64,000 nucleotides of DNA from Vulcanimicrobiota bacterium. GTDB taxonomy: Bacteria; Vulcanimicrobiota; Vulcanimicrobiia; Vulcanimicrobiales; Vulcanimicrobiaceae. The notes under the pieces are model-generated. The model saw nothing but the letters and a program-made list of their open reading frames with translations. It was not told the origin of the DNA and did no database searches. A program made the position numbers and the translations under genes. The first letter of the stretch is position 1. The number at the start of each line of letters is the position of its first letter. Of this stretch, positions 1 through 11,087 are shown one piece after another. The stretch lies in contig CAVZQC010000002.1 in assembly GCA_963777315.1 (NCBI GenBank), forward strand, positions 64,001-128,000, given 5' to 3'.

Positions 1-1170
1 GTCCGTAGTGCTGCTCGATTGCGTTTGCGTGCTCGCGACCTGGGACGATTGCGACTGCGAGGCTTGCGGCTGCGCCTGCGGTGCGGCTTGCTCCTGCTGC
101 GACGAGGATCGTGCCGCGGTTAAGGCTCCGGTTCCGCAGGTCAGGTTTATTCTGAAGTTCGCAGGCGTGTGATACTGCGGGATCGGGTAATTCAGCTTCA
201 CTTTCTTCTGCGAAGCCGTATCGAACGTCACGAGCAAACGGATTGGCGTGTCGGTTGAGTCGAAGGGGCTCCAAGAAATAAGCTGATCGAACGTGTACGG
301 TGCGCCGGGCATGAATGGAACGTTGCGCTGGCCGATGTGGAAACCGCCGACCGTGTTGAAAGTCGAAGCGTTGTTACCATTCTTCGTAGCGAGGAACTCG
401 TCGCTCACGTTCGTCGGTGCCACGCGGTTGCCCACGTCCGGTAAACCGCCCGGAAAAACTTTGCCGTGCGTCGCGTTGACCCACGTCTGCGTCACCAGCC
501 AGCCGATTTCATCCGATGGCTTGGCGCCTACGGGATATGGCGTGAGCTTCGTTACGCGCATCCTCCACACGCCGTTGGACATCCACTGGCTCATGCAGCC
601 ATTTTGCGCCGCGAGCTGCGTGGAACCGCCCTCTGCTTGCGCCGCCGCGCCGGTCGCCACGCACGTGAGGTTGTAGTCAAAATTGTAGCGGTTCGTCGTG
701 AAATGCGGTTTGTTGGACGCGCCGACGACCTTTCCGTCGAACGACACCTCCAACGCCTTCGGTTTGTCGGATGGGTCGGCCGTCATGTTACTGCCGAAGA
801 AGGTTTGCGTGTACGTGTATTGTCCCGATGGCGCCAGCGTATTGAAAGAGAGTCCCTCTTGCCGGTGAGCCTCTGCCTCTATTCTCCCTCCGTTCGAGAG
901 CACGAGTTGCTCCGCTTTAATGGCTGAATCGGACGGCGAAAGTTCGCGCGGCGTGCCGTTGCGCCAGGACTCGGTCACTTGCCAGCCGACCTGCTTACCG
1001 CTCTGAACGAGCGGCTCGACTTCCGTGATCTGCGCGCGCCAAACGCCGTTGAACAACCATTGATTCAGGCAGCCGTTTCGGGCATTGCTCATTTGCGCAA
1101 AAGCCTGAGCCGGTGAAAGTATTTGGGGCGCTGCGACCAACGCCGCTACCAAGAAGGCCTTGATTCTCAT
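1..1170 (-). CDS. Secreted protein with two tandem ~140-150 aa Cys-bounded domains followed by a Q/S/A-rich linker (partial, runs off the left edge)
   Basis: Absent from the ORF track because it has no stop in the window. Manual translation from ATG 1170 (RBS GAGGAG) gives MRIKAFLVAALVAAPQILSPAQAFAQ..., open to base 1. Repeated motifs: NGC(L/M)xQW..NGVWR / GWxVTxxWxNxT / NLTC. Confidence 0.85.
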   Translation of the reverse strand, partial: MRIKAFLVAALVAAPQILSPAQAFAQMSNARNGCLNQWLFNGVWRAQITEVEPLVQSGKQVGWQVTESWRNGTPRELSPSDSAIKAEQLVLSNGGRIEAEAHRQEGLSFNTLAPSGQYTYTQTFFGSNMTADPSDKPKALEVSFDGKVVGASNKPHFTTNRYNFDYNLTCVATGAAAQAEGGSTQLAAQNGCMSQWMSNGVWRMRVTKLTPYPVGAKPSDEIGWLVTQTWVNATHGKVFPGGLPDVGNRVAPTNVSDEFLATKNGNNASTFNTVGGFHIGQRNVPFMPGAPYTFDQLISWSPFDSTDTPIRLLVTFDTASQKKVKLNYPIPQYHTPANFRINLTCGTGALTAARSSSQQEQAAPQAQPQASQSQSSQVASTQTQSSSTTD

Positions 1171-1228
1171 TGCGAGTCTCCTCGTGCGATACATAGGCTC
1201 CGCTCCGGAACCGTAAGCGACGTGCTCG

Positions 1229-1260
1229 AAGGTACCAACGGGCCGTCCCGCCAGCGTCCC
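1229..1260 (-). promoter_or_regulatory. Putative SARP-type activated promoter
   Basis: GGGACG direct repeats at 1260-1255 and 1249-1244 (11-bp period), then 9 nt, then TACCTT (-10-like, preceded by TG). Lies upstream of the gene starting at 1170. Confidence 0.55.
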
Positions 1261-1283
1261 CGACCGGCATGGCGCACGAATTC

Positions 1284-4200
1284 TTAGGGCCAGACCCCTC
1301 GTTGAGCGTCCCGAATAGCGCGTACCGACGGCAAGTCGCAGAAAGCCTCGCGGGAACGCTCGTCGGCCATGGCTGCGAGCTGCACCCGAACACGATCGCG
1401 CGCCCGCTGCAACGCCGCCGCGGCTTTGGAATCGTCTCCGCCATCGTGATAGACCCGCGCGGCCGCCCAGAAGCAGTAGTGCGGCCAGACGGTGTTTTCG
1501 CCCGACGCATCCGCGTGAAGCATGATGTGGTCGGCGGTCTGCAGCGCCGCTGCGTCGCCGGCTTTGAGTTGCGCGAGCGCCAGATCGCCGAGTTCTTCAA
1601 AGGTTGCCGAGCCGGCGAAATGCTCGCGTATTGCGATAGCCTCTTTCATATGAAGCAGCGCGCACTCCAGCTCGCCGAGCTCGCGCTCAGCATTCCCCAG
1701 ATTCGCCAAAGCCGCGGCCTCAATTACGGAGTTCGTTATTTTGCGCGAGGCCTCTACGGCACGAGTTCCAAGGGCTTTTGCCTCCTGCGGCACTTGCTGC
1801 AGCAGACGGACCATGCTCAAATTGGTTAGGACGACTGCGCGACCGCGCCAATCATCGGCTGCTTGGAAAATCTCAAGCGCCGTAGTCAGCGAGGAACGCG
1901 CGTCGTCCAACAGTCCCAATATGATTTGGCTTCCGGTTTGATTGAAAAGCAGATAGGCCAACTGCAGGCGGTTGCCCAGCGCGCGATAGATCGCCGCCGC
2001 CGCCGAAAATTCCGCGCTTGCTTCTTCGAATCGCATTTGGAAGGAGAGCGCGGAAGCGACACGGGTACCCGCTTCGGCTTCGCCCTCGCGATCGCCGATC
2101 TCCCGATAGCGCCGCTGCGCTTCTTTTGAGTCGGCCAGTGCGCGTGGGAAGTCGCGGCACATTATCGCAATTGCCGCCGACGTCATGGCGACACGGACGA
2201 TCAGTACCGGATCTTCCGTGCCGTGCGCGCGAGCGCGCGCGTCTTGAAGGGTCTTTTCCGCATCCGAAGCCTCGCCGCGGTTCACGGAGATCTCCGAGAG
2301 CAGGCACAACGCGTCTACTTCTCCTCGCGCGTCGTCACGACGGCGATCGATCTCCAGCGCAGCTTCTGCGCGGGTTGCGGCCTGCGAGTATTCGCAGCGC
2401 AGCATCAAGTTGCGCGCGGCGGCGCGCAGCCCCGCCGCTTCACGTGCCGAATTGTTCGCTGCAGCCGTCCGCTGCGAAAACTCTTCTAAATAGCGTGCTT
2501 CTTCGGGAAGTTCCCCGAGTGCACGCGCCAATTGCGCGCGCCTCCACAACCCATCGGTTCGCGCATCGTCGTCGTTCGCAAGCTGTTCGAGTGCATCGAT
2601 GTCCGCGCACTGAGCCTCTCGATCTCCAAGCCGTCCGAGAATCCGTTCGCGCAAATCCAGCAATGCACGACGCTGTTCCGGCTCGCGCGCCAGCTCCAAC
2701 CCTCGCGTGGCGCCGGTCAGCGCTTCCTGATTCGCGAAAATCTTAAAGCTGCGGTTCGCCGACTCCAGGTAATACGCCGCGGCTTGCTCGGCTTCGCCGC
2801 CCTTGTCGTAGTGATAGGCGATCGTACCCGCCGCTTCATCGGAATCGCTCGAAAGCCGTTCTATCGTCATCGCGACGCGTCGGTGCCACTGCGTCCGGCG
2901 CTGCGGTTCCATACCCTCGTACATCGCCGACGCGATCAAGTGGTGGCTGAACGCAAACGCAAAATGCACGCGGCCGACTTCGCGCACCAAATTGCGCCCG
3001 AGCAATTCGCTTACGCCGTCCAGCACTGCGTTTTCCGGCAAGCCGCAAATTTCGCGCAGCAAATCCGCGTCGAACGTTGCGCCGAGCACACTCGCGACCT
3101 CGCCGATCTTGCGTGCATTTTCAGAAACCCGGCTCGTGCGAACATCAATCATCGCCCGCAGAAAGCGCGACGAGGTTTCGCGCACCCCGGATTCCGCGCT
3201 TTCCCGCAAGAGCTCGACCGCGAAGAGGGGATTGCCGCCGCTGACCGCGTGCACGTGGGCGCCTATCGCATCGGCTTCCGGCATCAACGCCGGAAGGCTG
3301 CGCGCCAAGTCGCAAACGGCCTGGGTCGACAAACCGCCGAGCGGCAAATGATTTGCCACGTTTTCGAGTTGCAGTCTGCGGCGCAGCGGTTGAATCGTGC
3401 GCGCCGCCTCGCCGGGCTCGTTGCGGTACGTAGCCAAGATCAATGCGGGAAAAGCGCCCACGCGCCGGGCCAAATATTCGAGCGCGAACAACGTCGCCTC
3501 GCCGGCCCACTGCAAGTCTTCCAAAATCAACAGCAAGGGCCGTTGCCGCGACAGCCCCTGGACCACCGCCGCCAGACCTTCTAAAAGGCGCGAGCGCTCA
3601 CGCTCGGCGTCAATGGCAGCGAGAGCCGGAAGGTCGGCGCGGCGCAATGCTAACTCCGGAACGAGCGGGGTAATAGCTGCAAGCCAAATTGGGCGCACGT
3701 CGACGCCGGTTAAGAGCGGCAGCGCGTCCCGCAGGGCCTCGACGAACGGCTGATACGGCACTTGTTCGGGCGACGACGTAGTTCCGCGAAGCACGCGGCC
3801 GCCCTGGATGTTCGCAAGCAGTGCAACTTCATTGGCCAAGCGCGTTTTACCGATGCCCGCTTCGCCCCCGATCAGCACAACTTCGCCCTGTCCGAGCGAC
3901 GTCGTTCGCCACGCCTGCGCCAATTGATCCATTTCCGCAGCGCGTCCGACGAACGGCAGCACGTTTGCAGGCGGCTGCGGTTCCAATGTTCCGCGGGCGG
4001 CAGCGTCGGGCAGCGCTCCGCCCCGCAGCATTACGCCCCGAAGCGCGAGCGTCTCCGGCATGAGCTCCGCGTTCACGTCACTGGCCAGCCGTCGAGCAAA
4101 AAGGTCGATCTCGCGCAGCGCACTCGCGCGGTCGCCGCTTTCGTAGCGAATCGACGCGAGTTGGCGCAGCGTATCTTCGCGCCATGGATCGTTGGTCAAG

Positions 4201-4730
4201 ATGCGCTCCGCGTATCCTATGGCGGGCGTGAACTCGCGGCGGCTGCGCGCCCGAAAAAGCAGGCGTTCAAGCGTTCCGATATAGGCGCGACGCAAGCGTT
4301 CGCGGATCGGCTCGATCCAGTCGTCGTAAATCGCGAGCGCGAGATCGCCTTCGTATAACTCGACCGCATCGACCCAGCGGGCTTCATCGCCGACGCTGCG
4401 CTCGAACTCGTCGACGTCCACCCACACGCGTGCCTCTTCGTTCCAGGTGATCGTGTCTTCCACCGAAACGACGTATGGAACGGCGGAGGGCGGAAGCGCG
4501 TTCGTCAGCTGGTACAGATGACGCCGGAGTTTGGCGCGCGCGTCGGCCTCGCTGTCATCGGCCCAGATCGAGAACGCAACGAGATCGCGCGTCAAATGCG
4601 CGCCACGGTTGAGCAAAAAGAAGACGAGAAGTGCGAGCGCTCGCGGGCGGCTGTGGAACCCGTACGGTTCGCCGTCGTAGAAGAAGCGCGGTTGACCGAG
4701 CAAATGGATGCGAAGTCCGGCATCGACCAC
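1284..4730 (-). CDS. SARP-family regulator: wHTH-BTAD, AAA ATPase and TPR domains
   Basis: N-terminal LRIHLLG, WVDVDEF, DPWRE (BTAD); Walker A GEAGIGKT; LEDLQWA; SGGNPLF; FSHHLI; C-terminal TPRs. Start moved to GTG 4730. Confidence 0.9.
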   Translation of the reverse strand: MVDAGLRIHLLGQPRFFYDGEPYGFHSRPRALALLVFFLLNRGAHLTRDLVAFSIWADDSEADARAKLRRHLYQLTNALPPSAVPYVVSVEDTITWNEEARVWVDVDEFERSVGDEARWVDAVELYEGDLALAIYDDWIEPIRERLRRAYIGTLERLLFRARSRREFTPAIGYAERILTNDPWREDTLRQLASIRYESGDRASALREIDLFARRLASDVNAELMPETLALRGVMLRGGALPDAAARGTLEPQPPANVLPFVGRAAEMDQLAQAWRTTSLGQGEVVLIGGEAGIGKTRLANEVALLANIQGGRVLRGTTSSPEQVPYQPFVEALRDALPLLTGVDVRPIWLAAITPLVPELALRRADLPALAAIDAERERSRLLEGLAAVVQGLSRQRPLLLILEDLQWAGEATLFALEYLARRVGAFPALILATYRNEPGEAARTIQPLRRRLQLENVANHLPLGGLSTQAVCDLARSLPALMPEADAIGAHVHAVSGGNPLFAVELLRESAESGVRETSSRFLRAMIDVRTSRVSENARKIGEVASVLGATFDADLLREICGLPENAVLDGVSELLGRNLVREVGRVHFAFAFSHHLIASAMYEGMEPQRRTQWHRRVAMTIERLSSDSDEAAGTIAYHYDKGGEAEQAAAYYLESANRSFKIFANQEALTGATRGLELAREPEQRRALLDLRERILGRLGDREAQCADIDALEQLANDDDARTDGLWRRAQLARALGELPEEARYLEEFSQRTAAANNSAREAAGLRAAARNLMLRCEYSQAATRAEAALEIDRRRDDARGEVDALCLLSEISVNRGEASDAEKTLQDARARAHGTEDPVLIVRVAMTSAAIAIMCRDFPRALADSKEAQRRYREIGDREGEAEAGTRVASALSFQMRFEEASAEFSAAAAIYRALGNRLQLAYLLFNQTGSQIILGLLDDARSSLTTALEIFQAADDWRGRAVVLTNLSMVRLLQQVPQEAKALGTRAVEASRKITNSVIEAAALANLGNAERELGELECALLHMKEAIAIREHFAGSATFEELGDLALAQLKAGDAAALQTADHIMLHADASGENTVWPHYCFWAAARVYHDGGDDSKAAAALQRARDRVRVQLAAMADERSREAFCDLPSVRAIRDAQRGVWP

Positions 4731-4742
4731 GGTTCGAACTAC

Positions 4743-4769
4743 GCATGCCCGGCATGCCGAGCCTGCCGA
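4743..4769. repeat. Three 9-bp-period copies of GC(A/C)TGCC in the divergent intergenic region
   Basis: GCATGCC at 4743 and 4752; GCCTGCC at 4761. Confidence 0.5.
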
Positions 4770-4875
4770 AAGAGCGTAAAGTAGTCCAGCCTTGAGGCGG
4801 CCGCAGGGTGAGTCGATTGGCAAACGCGGCACGGCGGGAACGTCGCGCATCCCTCCTCGAAGACGGTAAGGCGCC

Positions 4876-7800
4876 ATGGCGTCGGACCAACTTCGCATCT
4901 ATCTCTTTGAAGAGCCACATTTCGAATGGGCCGGTGAAACGCGTCCGTTCAGCGCTCCGCCGAAAACGCTGCCCCTGTTGGCATATCTCCTGCTGCACCG
5001 CAGCGCTCCGCTTGCGCGGGAAAAGCTCGCGAGCGTTTTCTGGCCGGATGCCGATCAGGTTTCGGCCTTCGCGAACCTACGCCGCCATCTGCACTATTTA
5101 GCCAGAGCGCTCCCTAACGCGCCCGCGGCGCCTTGGCTTGCCATCTCTCAAAAAACCGTCGCATGGAACCCGGAGAGCCCCTATTGGCTCGACGTGGAGA
5201 CATTCGAGACTGAAAGCCGCGACCGCGATCTGCGAGCGAGGGCGGTACGCCTATACAGCGGCGATCTGTACGAACGCTGCAGCGAGGAATGGATAGAGTT
5301 CCATCGTGAGCGCTTGCGCACGCTTCAGCTCTCCAATCTTTCGCAATTGACGTCCGAAGCGCGCTCGCGCGCCTCATACGTGGAAGCGCTGCAGTACGCG
5401 CAACTGATGCTCGCCGTCGACAGGTGGCGCGAAGACGCCTTACGCACGACCATGGAAATACGCATACTTCTGCACGACAGGGCCGGTGCGCTGGGGGAAT
5501 ACGAACGGTTCGCGCAACGGCTCGACGAGGATCTGCAAACCGTACCGCTCGCGGAAACCACCGCGCTGTACGAGCGCATCCGCCAGTCCACTGCGCTTTC
5601 ACCGGGTCCGCAGGCGACAAAGGAGGGTACGCGTACGCTGGTGGGGCGGCGCAATGAAAGCGCGACGCTGCGCGATGAGTGGCAGCGCGCGGCGCGCGGT
5701 GAAGGCAGAGCGGTCTTCATCGGCGGCGAGGCCGGAATCGGTAAGTCGACGCTGCTGCAGACGCTGCGAGACGGCCTGACGCAAACGGGTGCCTTGGACC
5801 TTGAAGGCTCGGTCGCCGAACACGAAAGTTTGCCCTACAGTGCACTCATCAATATCGCGCGTACCGCAGTCGAGAACGTAACGCCGCAGAAACTTTCGAC
5901 GCGCGAGCGTGAAGCGCTGGGGATTCTGCTGCCCGAGCTGCATCCCGCCATCACCGTTGCGGCCGCGCCGAGTCAGGACGAAAGACTGCGGCTTTTCGAG
6001 GCGCTCGCGGACCTTTTGGAACGCCTTTCGCGAAAGGCGCCGCTGCTCATCGCGATCGAAGACCTGCATTTGGCGGGCAGCGCCACAATGGACGCGCTAT
6101 CGTACATGATCCCGCGCTTGATCGCCGCGCGCGTGCTCTTTGTCGGTACGTACCGCGAGTTTGAAGTCGGTCGAGGCCATCCGCTTCGAATGCTGCGCCG
6201 GCATCTCGCGCAAACGCGGCGTTTCACCAACCTCGCGCTCAGCTCGCTCAGCCGGGAAGACGTCGAAACGCTCGCATGCGCGCACGCGGGCCGCCGGTTA
6301 AGCGCAGAGATCCTACGACGGATCTACGAGCGCAGCGCAGGCAATCCGCTTTTCGTCGTGGAGATCGTTCGCGAGCTCGCGCAAACGGACTTCGAGCGCG
6401 TTCCCGCATCGATTGCCGAGATCGTGCGCCGGAGGTTGCAGCGCTTGGACGAAACGGCGTGCAGCGTACTAAAGACTGCCGCAGTGGCCGGCGGTTCTTG
6501 GCAGTTCGAACTGCTCGCGCAAGTGACCGGCATGGGCGAGGGCGAGTTGATTCTCGCGCTTGCTAAACTTCTGGAAGCGCATTTCGTGCGGCAAGGCGCT
6601 GCGGTGAACGAGTTCGAGTTCGTGCACGAGCTCGATTCGACAGGCAATCTACGAAGACATCGCCGCAGATGCGATGCGCACGACGCACGCCCGGGTGGGG
6701 TATGCGATGCGCGAACTGTATGCCCAGCGCTTTGCCGAGGTGGCCGCAAATGCCGCGCGCCACTTCGAAATCGCACGGATGGCTGGTGAAGCCGGCGATG
6801 CATATCTGGCCGCAGCCGAACACGCGCTGTCCGTGTACGCAATCGACGAAGCTGAAGCTTTTGCGAAAAAGGCGCATCAGGGCGATTGCGATGATGCCGG
6901 CCGGTTTCGTGCGCTTCGCGTGTTGGAATTCGCAGCCGAACGCAAGGCTTTGCGAGTCGAACAGGTACGATATCTCGACGAGATGCGAGCGCTGGGTGAA
7001 CGCCTGGGAAGCGCGGAATTCGCGCATGCGCTCGCGCGTGACGTAGACTTCTCGAGCGGCGAGTCGACCGAATATCAGCGGAGCGCAATCGAACGCTTGG
7101 GCCGGTTCGTGGAGTCGGCACCGGCGTACGCCGCCGCTTACGAACTGCGAATGGGCGAATTCCTCAGCCGTGCCGGCGAGGTGCACGAGGCCAAGACGAC
7201 GCTGCAGAAGGCGCTCGGCATGCTTACGCGCGACGGTGACCTCGAAGGCACCTTACGCTGCTTGGCGGCGCTTTACGCCGTATCGCTCACGGCCGGCGAA
7301 CCGCTGGAACAGATCACCGCCGACGTCGAAAGCGCTCGCGTGCAGCTGGGCGGAAGTGTGGATGCGCGGATTCGTGCTCGGCTCGCATTCATCGAGTGCG
7401 GAGCCCTTCTCGATCGAGATCCGGCCGCAGCGCAGCAATCGGGCGAAACGATGCTGCAGTGCGCTAAGGACGCCGGCGACATCTGGCTCGAGGCGCTGGC
7501 GCACAGGTCCATCGGTGCCGCGGCGACGCGCCGGATGCTGATTTCGTTGGCACAATCGCACCTGCGGCGCAGTGCGGAGATCACGACACTAACCGGAAGA
7601 TTGCGCGACCTCTCAAAGGTTCGAAACTGGCAACTGATGTGTGAAAACCGCTGCGCAGATTTCGACAAGGCCGTCGAATACGGCATGGAGGGTCTGGCAG
7701 CGGCACGGGCGTGCGACGCCCGGGACATGGCGGCTTCGATTCAAGCCAATCTCGCCAATACGATGGTGTGGTCCGGAGATCTCGAACGTGCCGATTCTTT

Positions 7801-8344
7801 CTTAGCCGGTGCGCTGGCGACGCTCGAACAACAGCGTATCGCCACTTCGTCCGCGTTGAGTTTAGCGGGCGAAATTCGAGTCGGACAAGGCAAGCTAGGC
7901 GCGGGCATCGCTCTCATGGAGCAGGCGGCCGGCATGCCTTCTCCGCAGTACGATGCACTCGGGGCGGGCGCCGTGCACAAGCCGCTCATTCTGGGCTTGG
8001 CCTATGCGGCGGCGAATCGGATCGATGAGGCGCAACGCTGTGCGCAGGCGATACGTCTACGGCGTACGCAATTTGAATCCTATTACATTCACCCGCAAGT
8101 GTATCTGTGGTCCGCCGGGCAACTTTTGCGAATGCTCGGATACGATGCCGAGTCACGAGAATTCACCAAAGCGGCCGTCCGGCGCCGCAACGAGATTCGT
8201 TTGAATATAGCGGACCAACGTTCGCTGGATGCCTTCGAACGCTTCATTTTCAACCGGCTGATCGAAGAAGCAGTTGACGTTTCCGACCCGCTTCACGCAT
8301 GGTTTACTCCGTACGCCGCGCGTTTCGATCTCACAACGGCGTAA
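4876..8344 (+). CDS. SARP-family BTAD-AAA-TPR regulator with one +1 frameshift at ~6633 (probably a sequencing error)
   Basis: GEAGIGKS, IEDLHLA, SAGNPLF. Removing one base after AGCT 6629-6632 restores FEFVHELIRQAIYE and joins ORFs 4876-6789 and 6674-8344 (1156 codons). Confidence 0.85.
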
Positions 8345-8744
8345 CGGGCGGCAGCGTGCTGGCTTGCGAAAGCACGACGTGCCATGTCCCGTTTTGTTTC
8401 GTTACGACAAACAAAATGAGACCTGTACGAATCGGAAGCCATTCTCCGTCCTGATTGCCGTGCCCGCGCATGCTCCACAATCCGTGCACTGCAGCGGCGC
8501 AGCGCGTCACCAGCCGAACCTTCACCGTCGTAATGGTTAGCCTGCTTGCGGCGAATATCGTTTCGAACCAGCGGTGATGGCGAGCGGCGATCGCATCCCT
8601 TCCGTGCAGCATCGCGCCGCTGACGTCGACGAAGTCGGCGTCAGCGGCGTACAGCGAGCACAGCACCGCTGCATCGTGCGCGTTCCATGCCTGCGCAAAG
8701 GTTTGCGCAAAGCTTTCGAGCTGATCGCGCACGCGGGTCGTCAT
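8331..8744 (-). CDS. SnoaL/NTF2-like protein (SgcJ/EcaC, DUF4440 type)
   Basis: AWNAHDA...LYAADADFVDVSG...GRDAI...W motif pattern; start overlaps the stop of the upstream gene. Confidence 0.8.
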   Translation of the reverse strand: MTTRVRDQLESFAQTFAQAWNAHDAAVLCSLYAADADFVDVSGAMLHGRDAIAARHHRWFETIFAASRLTITTVKVRLVTRCAAAVHGLWSMRGHGNQDGEWLPIRTGLILFVVTKQNGTWHVVLSQASTLPPVTPL

Positions 8745-9692
8745 TGGACCGTTACCGTGCCCATCATGCCTTCAGGCCCGTCGTGGAACAGACAGTAATA
8801 GGTGTACGTCCCGGGCTTTGTGAAGGTCAAGCTGTAGTTTTGGGCCGCCATGAGAGGACCCGAATTCACCAGCGCGGTTCCATCATACGTCGTGCCTCCC
8901 GACGGCGGTGAAAATGGCGACATTTCCGGAGCCGGTTGTCCCGCAGGAGGAATCGTCACCGTGTGCGGGAGATTGGCGTCGAGATTCGTCCACGTCACCG
9001 TGGTGCCGACTGCGACCGTGACGTTCGAATCCTTGAGTGATGGTCCGTCCAGGAAACGCACCACGCTCGACGGACCCGGCGGTGCAACGCCGAGGGTAGT
9101 TGAAATGCCGGCGGCCAGATGCGTTCCGCCGCTCGCATATGGAAAGAGCTGAACGGCAGCGGCGGCGGTTTGCAGATCGGCCTGCATCATCGTGGTGCCC
9201 GATGAATCCAGCTGCGCCTGGGTTTGCGGATAACTCGTGCCCTTCGGCTGCACGACGAGCGTTGCCACCATGTCGCCGTGGATCAGACAATAGTATGTAT
9301 AACTTCCCGGCTTGGTGAACGTCAGCGTGTACGTCTTGCCGCCCGCGACGAATCCCGAACTCGTGTAGGTGCTTGCGTCATACGTTGAACCGCCCGCGGG
9401 AGCTTGCGCGCTAGGATCGCTCGGCGGCGGCGGGCTGGTGCGCGGGCCTAAGAAGGTTACGGTATGCGGTTCGCCCGCCGGAAATTTCCACGTTACGGAA
9501 TCGCCGGCATCGATGGTGACGGTTTTCGGATAGAACTCCAAGCCCTGGAATGCCTCGTCTTGCGAAGCGGCGCCGGCTTGAAGGATCCAACTCTGGGGAA
9601 GCTGCTGAGGCGGCGGCGGTGTGTTGGAGCTGCCTGCGCAGCCGGCCAACAGCAAACCGGCGACGCTAGCAGCACATAGCAAAAGTCTTCAT
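8741..9692 (-). CDS. Lipoprotein with two plastocyanin/cupredoxin domains; +1 insertion near the start at 9684-9688
   Basis: Two type-1 copper ligand sets: PHTVTF...YYCLIHGDM and PHTVTI...YYCLFHDGPEGM. Removing one base gives the signal peptide MKLLLCAASVAGLLLAGC from ATG 9692. Confidence 0.85.
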
Positions 9693-9731
9693 GACCCCAC
9701 GATAGGGGTCCGCGCGTCTATAAAGCGTCTA
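9693..9731 (-). promoter_or_regulatory. Putative SARP-type, leaderless promoter
   Basis: TAGACGC direct repeats at 9731-9725 and 9720-9714 (11-bp period), 9 nt, TATCGT (-10-like), 6 nt, ATG. The -10 is flanked by the inverted repeat GACCCC/GGGGTC. Confidence 0.6.
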
Positions 9732-10955
9732 GCGCGGCTTGCTCGCCTGAATCGTCGCGTATATCCTGGAAAACAGCTGGGGCAGTTTGCTGTCGGACTC
9801 TACGGGGCGGCTGTTGGCAAAAATCGATACCACCATGTCAGAGTCCGGAAAGTACAGATGCGCCGCGCGAAAACCAAGCGTTTCGCCCTGATAGAACCAA
9901 AACGAACCCAGCTTCGGGTCGTACCGGCGGCTGACGCCCAACCCGAATCCGGCCGGATCGTTTGCCGTCGGGGTCGCCAGCGGCTTTGCGGATTTGAGCG
10001 AGATCAAGCCGAGCAGCTCGCGCTTTTGCCTAGCCGGCAACAGCGTCGTACCTTGATACAGCAAGCGCGCCCACTTGGTGAGATCCTGCGGCGTGGAAAC
10101 CATCGAACCCGCGCCTTGCGCCCAGGATAAGCTGAAGCCGCTGACGTCTTTGCCCAGGAATTTTCGCAATCCCGGCTCGTCGTTTTCGTAGTAGCCGGCC
10201 ACGACTCGCGAGGCCACGGCCGGCGGATAAAGGTGCGAGGTGTAAAACGTATTCTTCAAACCGGCACCGGCTATTATGCGAGCGATCTCGGTATCGAAGC
10301 TCCTGCTCCGGCTGCGAGCCGCAACGATCTCTTGCGCGAGCAGATAGCCGGTATTGGAGTACGCGTACTTGGTGCCGGGCGGATATTTTATCGAGGGATA
10401 CACGAGCCGAATGAACCGATCCGCTGAAAAATTCTGCATCGGGTGCTGCGCGATCATCCGTTCCCAGGCCGGCGTGTTATCGTAAGATTCAAGTCCGCTG
10501 GTCATGTTGAGCAGACGGCGCAGCGTCAGTTTGGCGTATGCGGGATACTGCGGTAAATACCGCCCGATCGGAGCATCGATCGATAAGCGTCCCTGCGCCT
10601 CCAACCGCAGAACCGCCACGGCCGTAAATGCCTTCGTATTGCTGCCGATTTGATACAGATTCGCGGGCGTCACCGGCGCGCCGGCACGATATTTCGTCGT
10701 CCCTGCCGTAACGTTCATTATCGGCTGCGATTTGGAAAGACTCAGCGAGAGTGAAAGCGAGGATAGATGCTCTTTGGCACCGCGTGTCTCGAGATAGACG
10801 TTGAGGTCGCGCTGCAGCGCCGCGCGCAGCGCAGCCGAACTTTTCGCGGCACCGAACGTTCGAGCGTTCACCAGCGCGAGCGAACCGATGAGAATCGCTG
10901 CCACAACGACGGCAATTCGCGCAGCCGATGTCCACGTGCAAACCCGATGACGCAT
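9729..10955 (-). CDS. Secreted serine hydrolase, beta-lactamase class C / D-Ala-D-Ala peptidase family
   Basis: GSNTK (SxxK), LLNMTSGL, YSNTGY; N-terminal hydrophobic segment. Start uncertain. Confidence 0.85.
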   Translation of the reverse strand: MRHRVCTWTSAARIAVVVAAILIGSLALVNARTFGAAKSSAALRAALQRDLNVYLETRGAKEHLSSLSLSLSLSKSQPIMNVTAGTTKYRAGAPVTPANLYQIGSNTKAFTAVAVLRLEAQGRLSIDAPIGRYLPQYPAYAKLTLRRLLNMTSGLESYDNTPAWERMIAQHPMQNFSADRFIRLVYPSIKYPPGTKYAYSNTGYLLAQEIVAARSRSRSFDTEIARIIAGAGLKNTFYTSHLYPPAVASRVVAGYYENDEPGLRKFLGKDVSGFSLSWAQGAGSMVSTPQDLTKWARLLYQGTTLLPARQKRELLGLISLKSAKPLATPTANDPAGFGLGVSRRYDPKLGSFWFYQGETLGFRAAHLYFPDSDMVVSIFANSRPVESDSKLPQLFSRIYATIQASKPR

Positions 10956-11087
10956 AAACGCAAGGCCCTCCAGTCGGCCGTAACGTTGCCGCAACTGGGC
11001 CGGAATACCCCCTTCTCGGAAGACCTAATGCAGCAGGGCCCGGCGGCCCGTTTTTCGCTAATCGCGCCGCGATACCGTAAGAGGGCA

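Noticed and set aside
1284..8344. STAND ATPase-TPR proteins as Avs-type antiphage systems
   Set aside because: Their N-termini are wHTH-BTAD DNA-binding domains rather than nuclease or other effector domains, which fits transcription activators.
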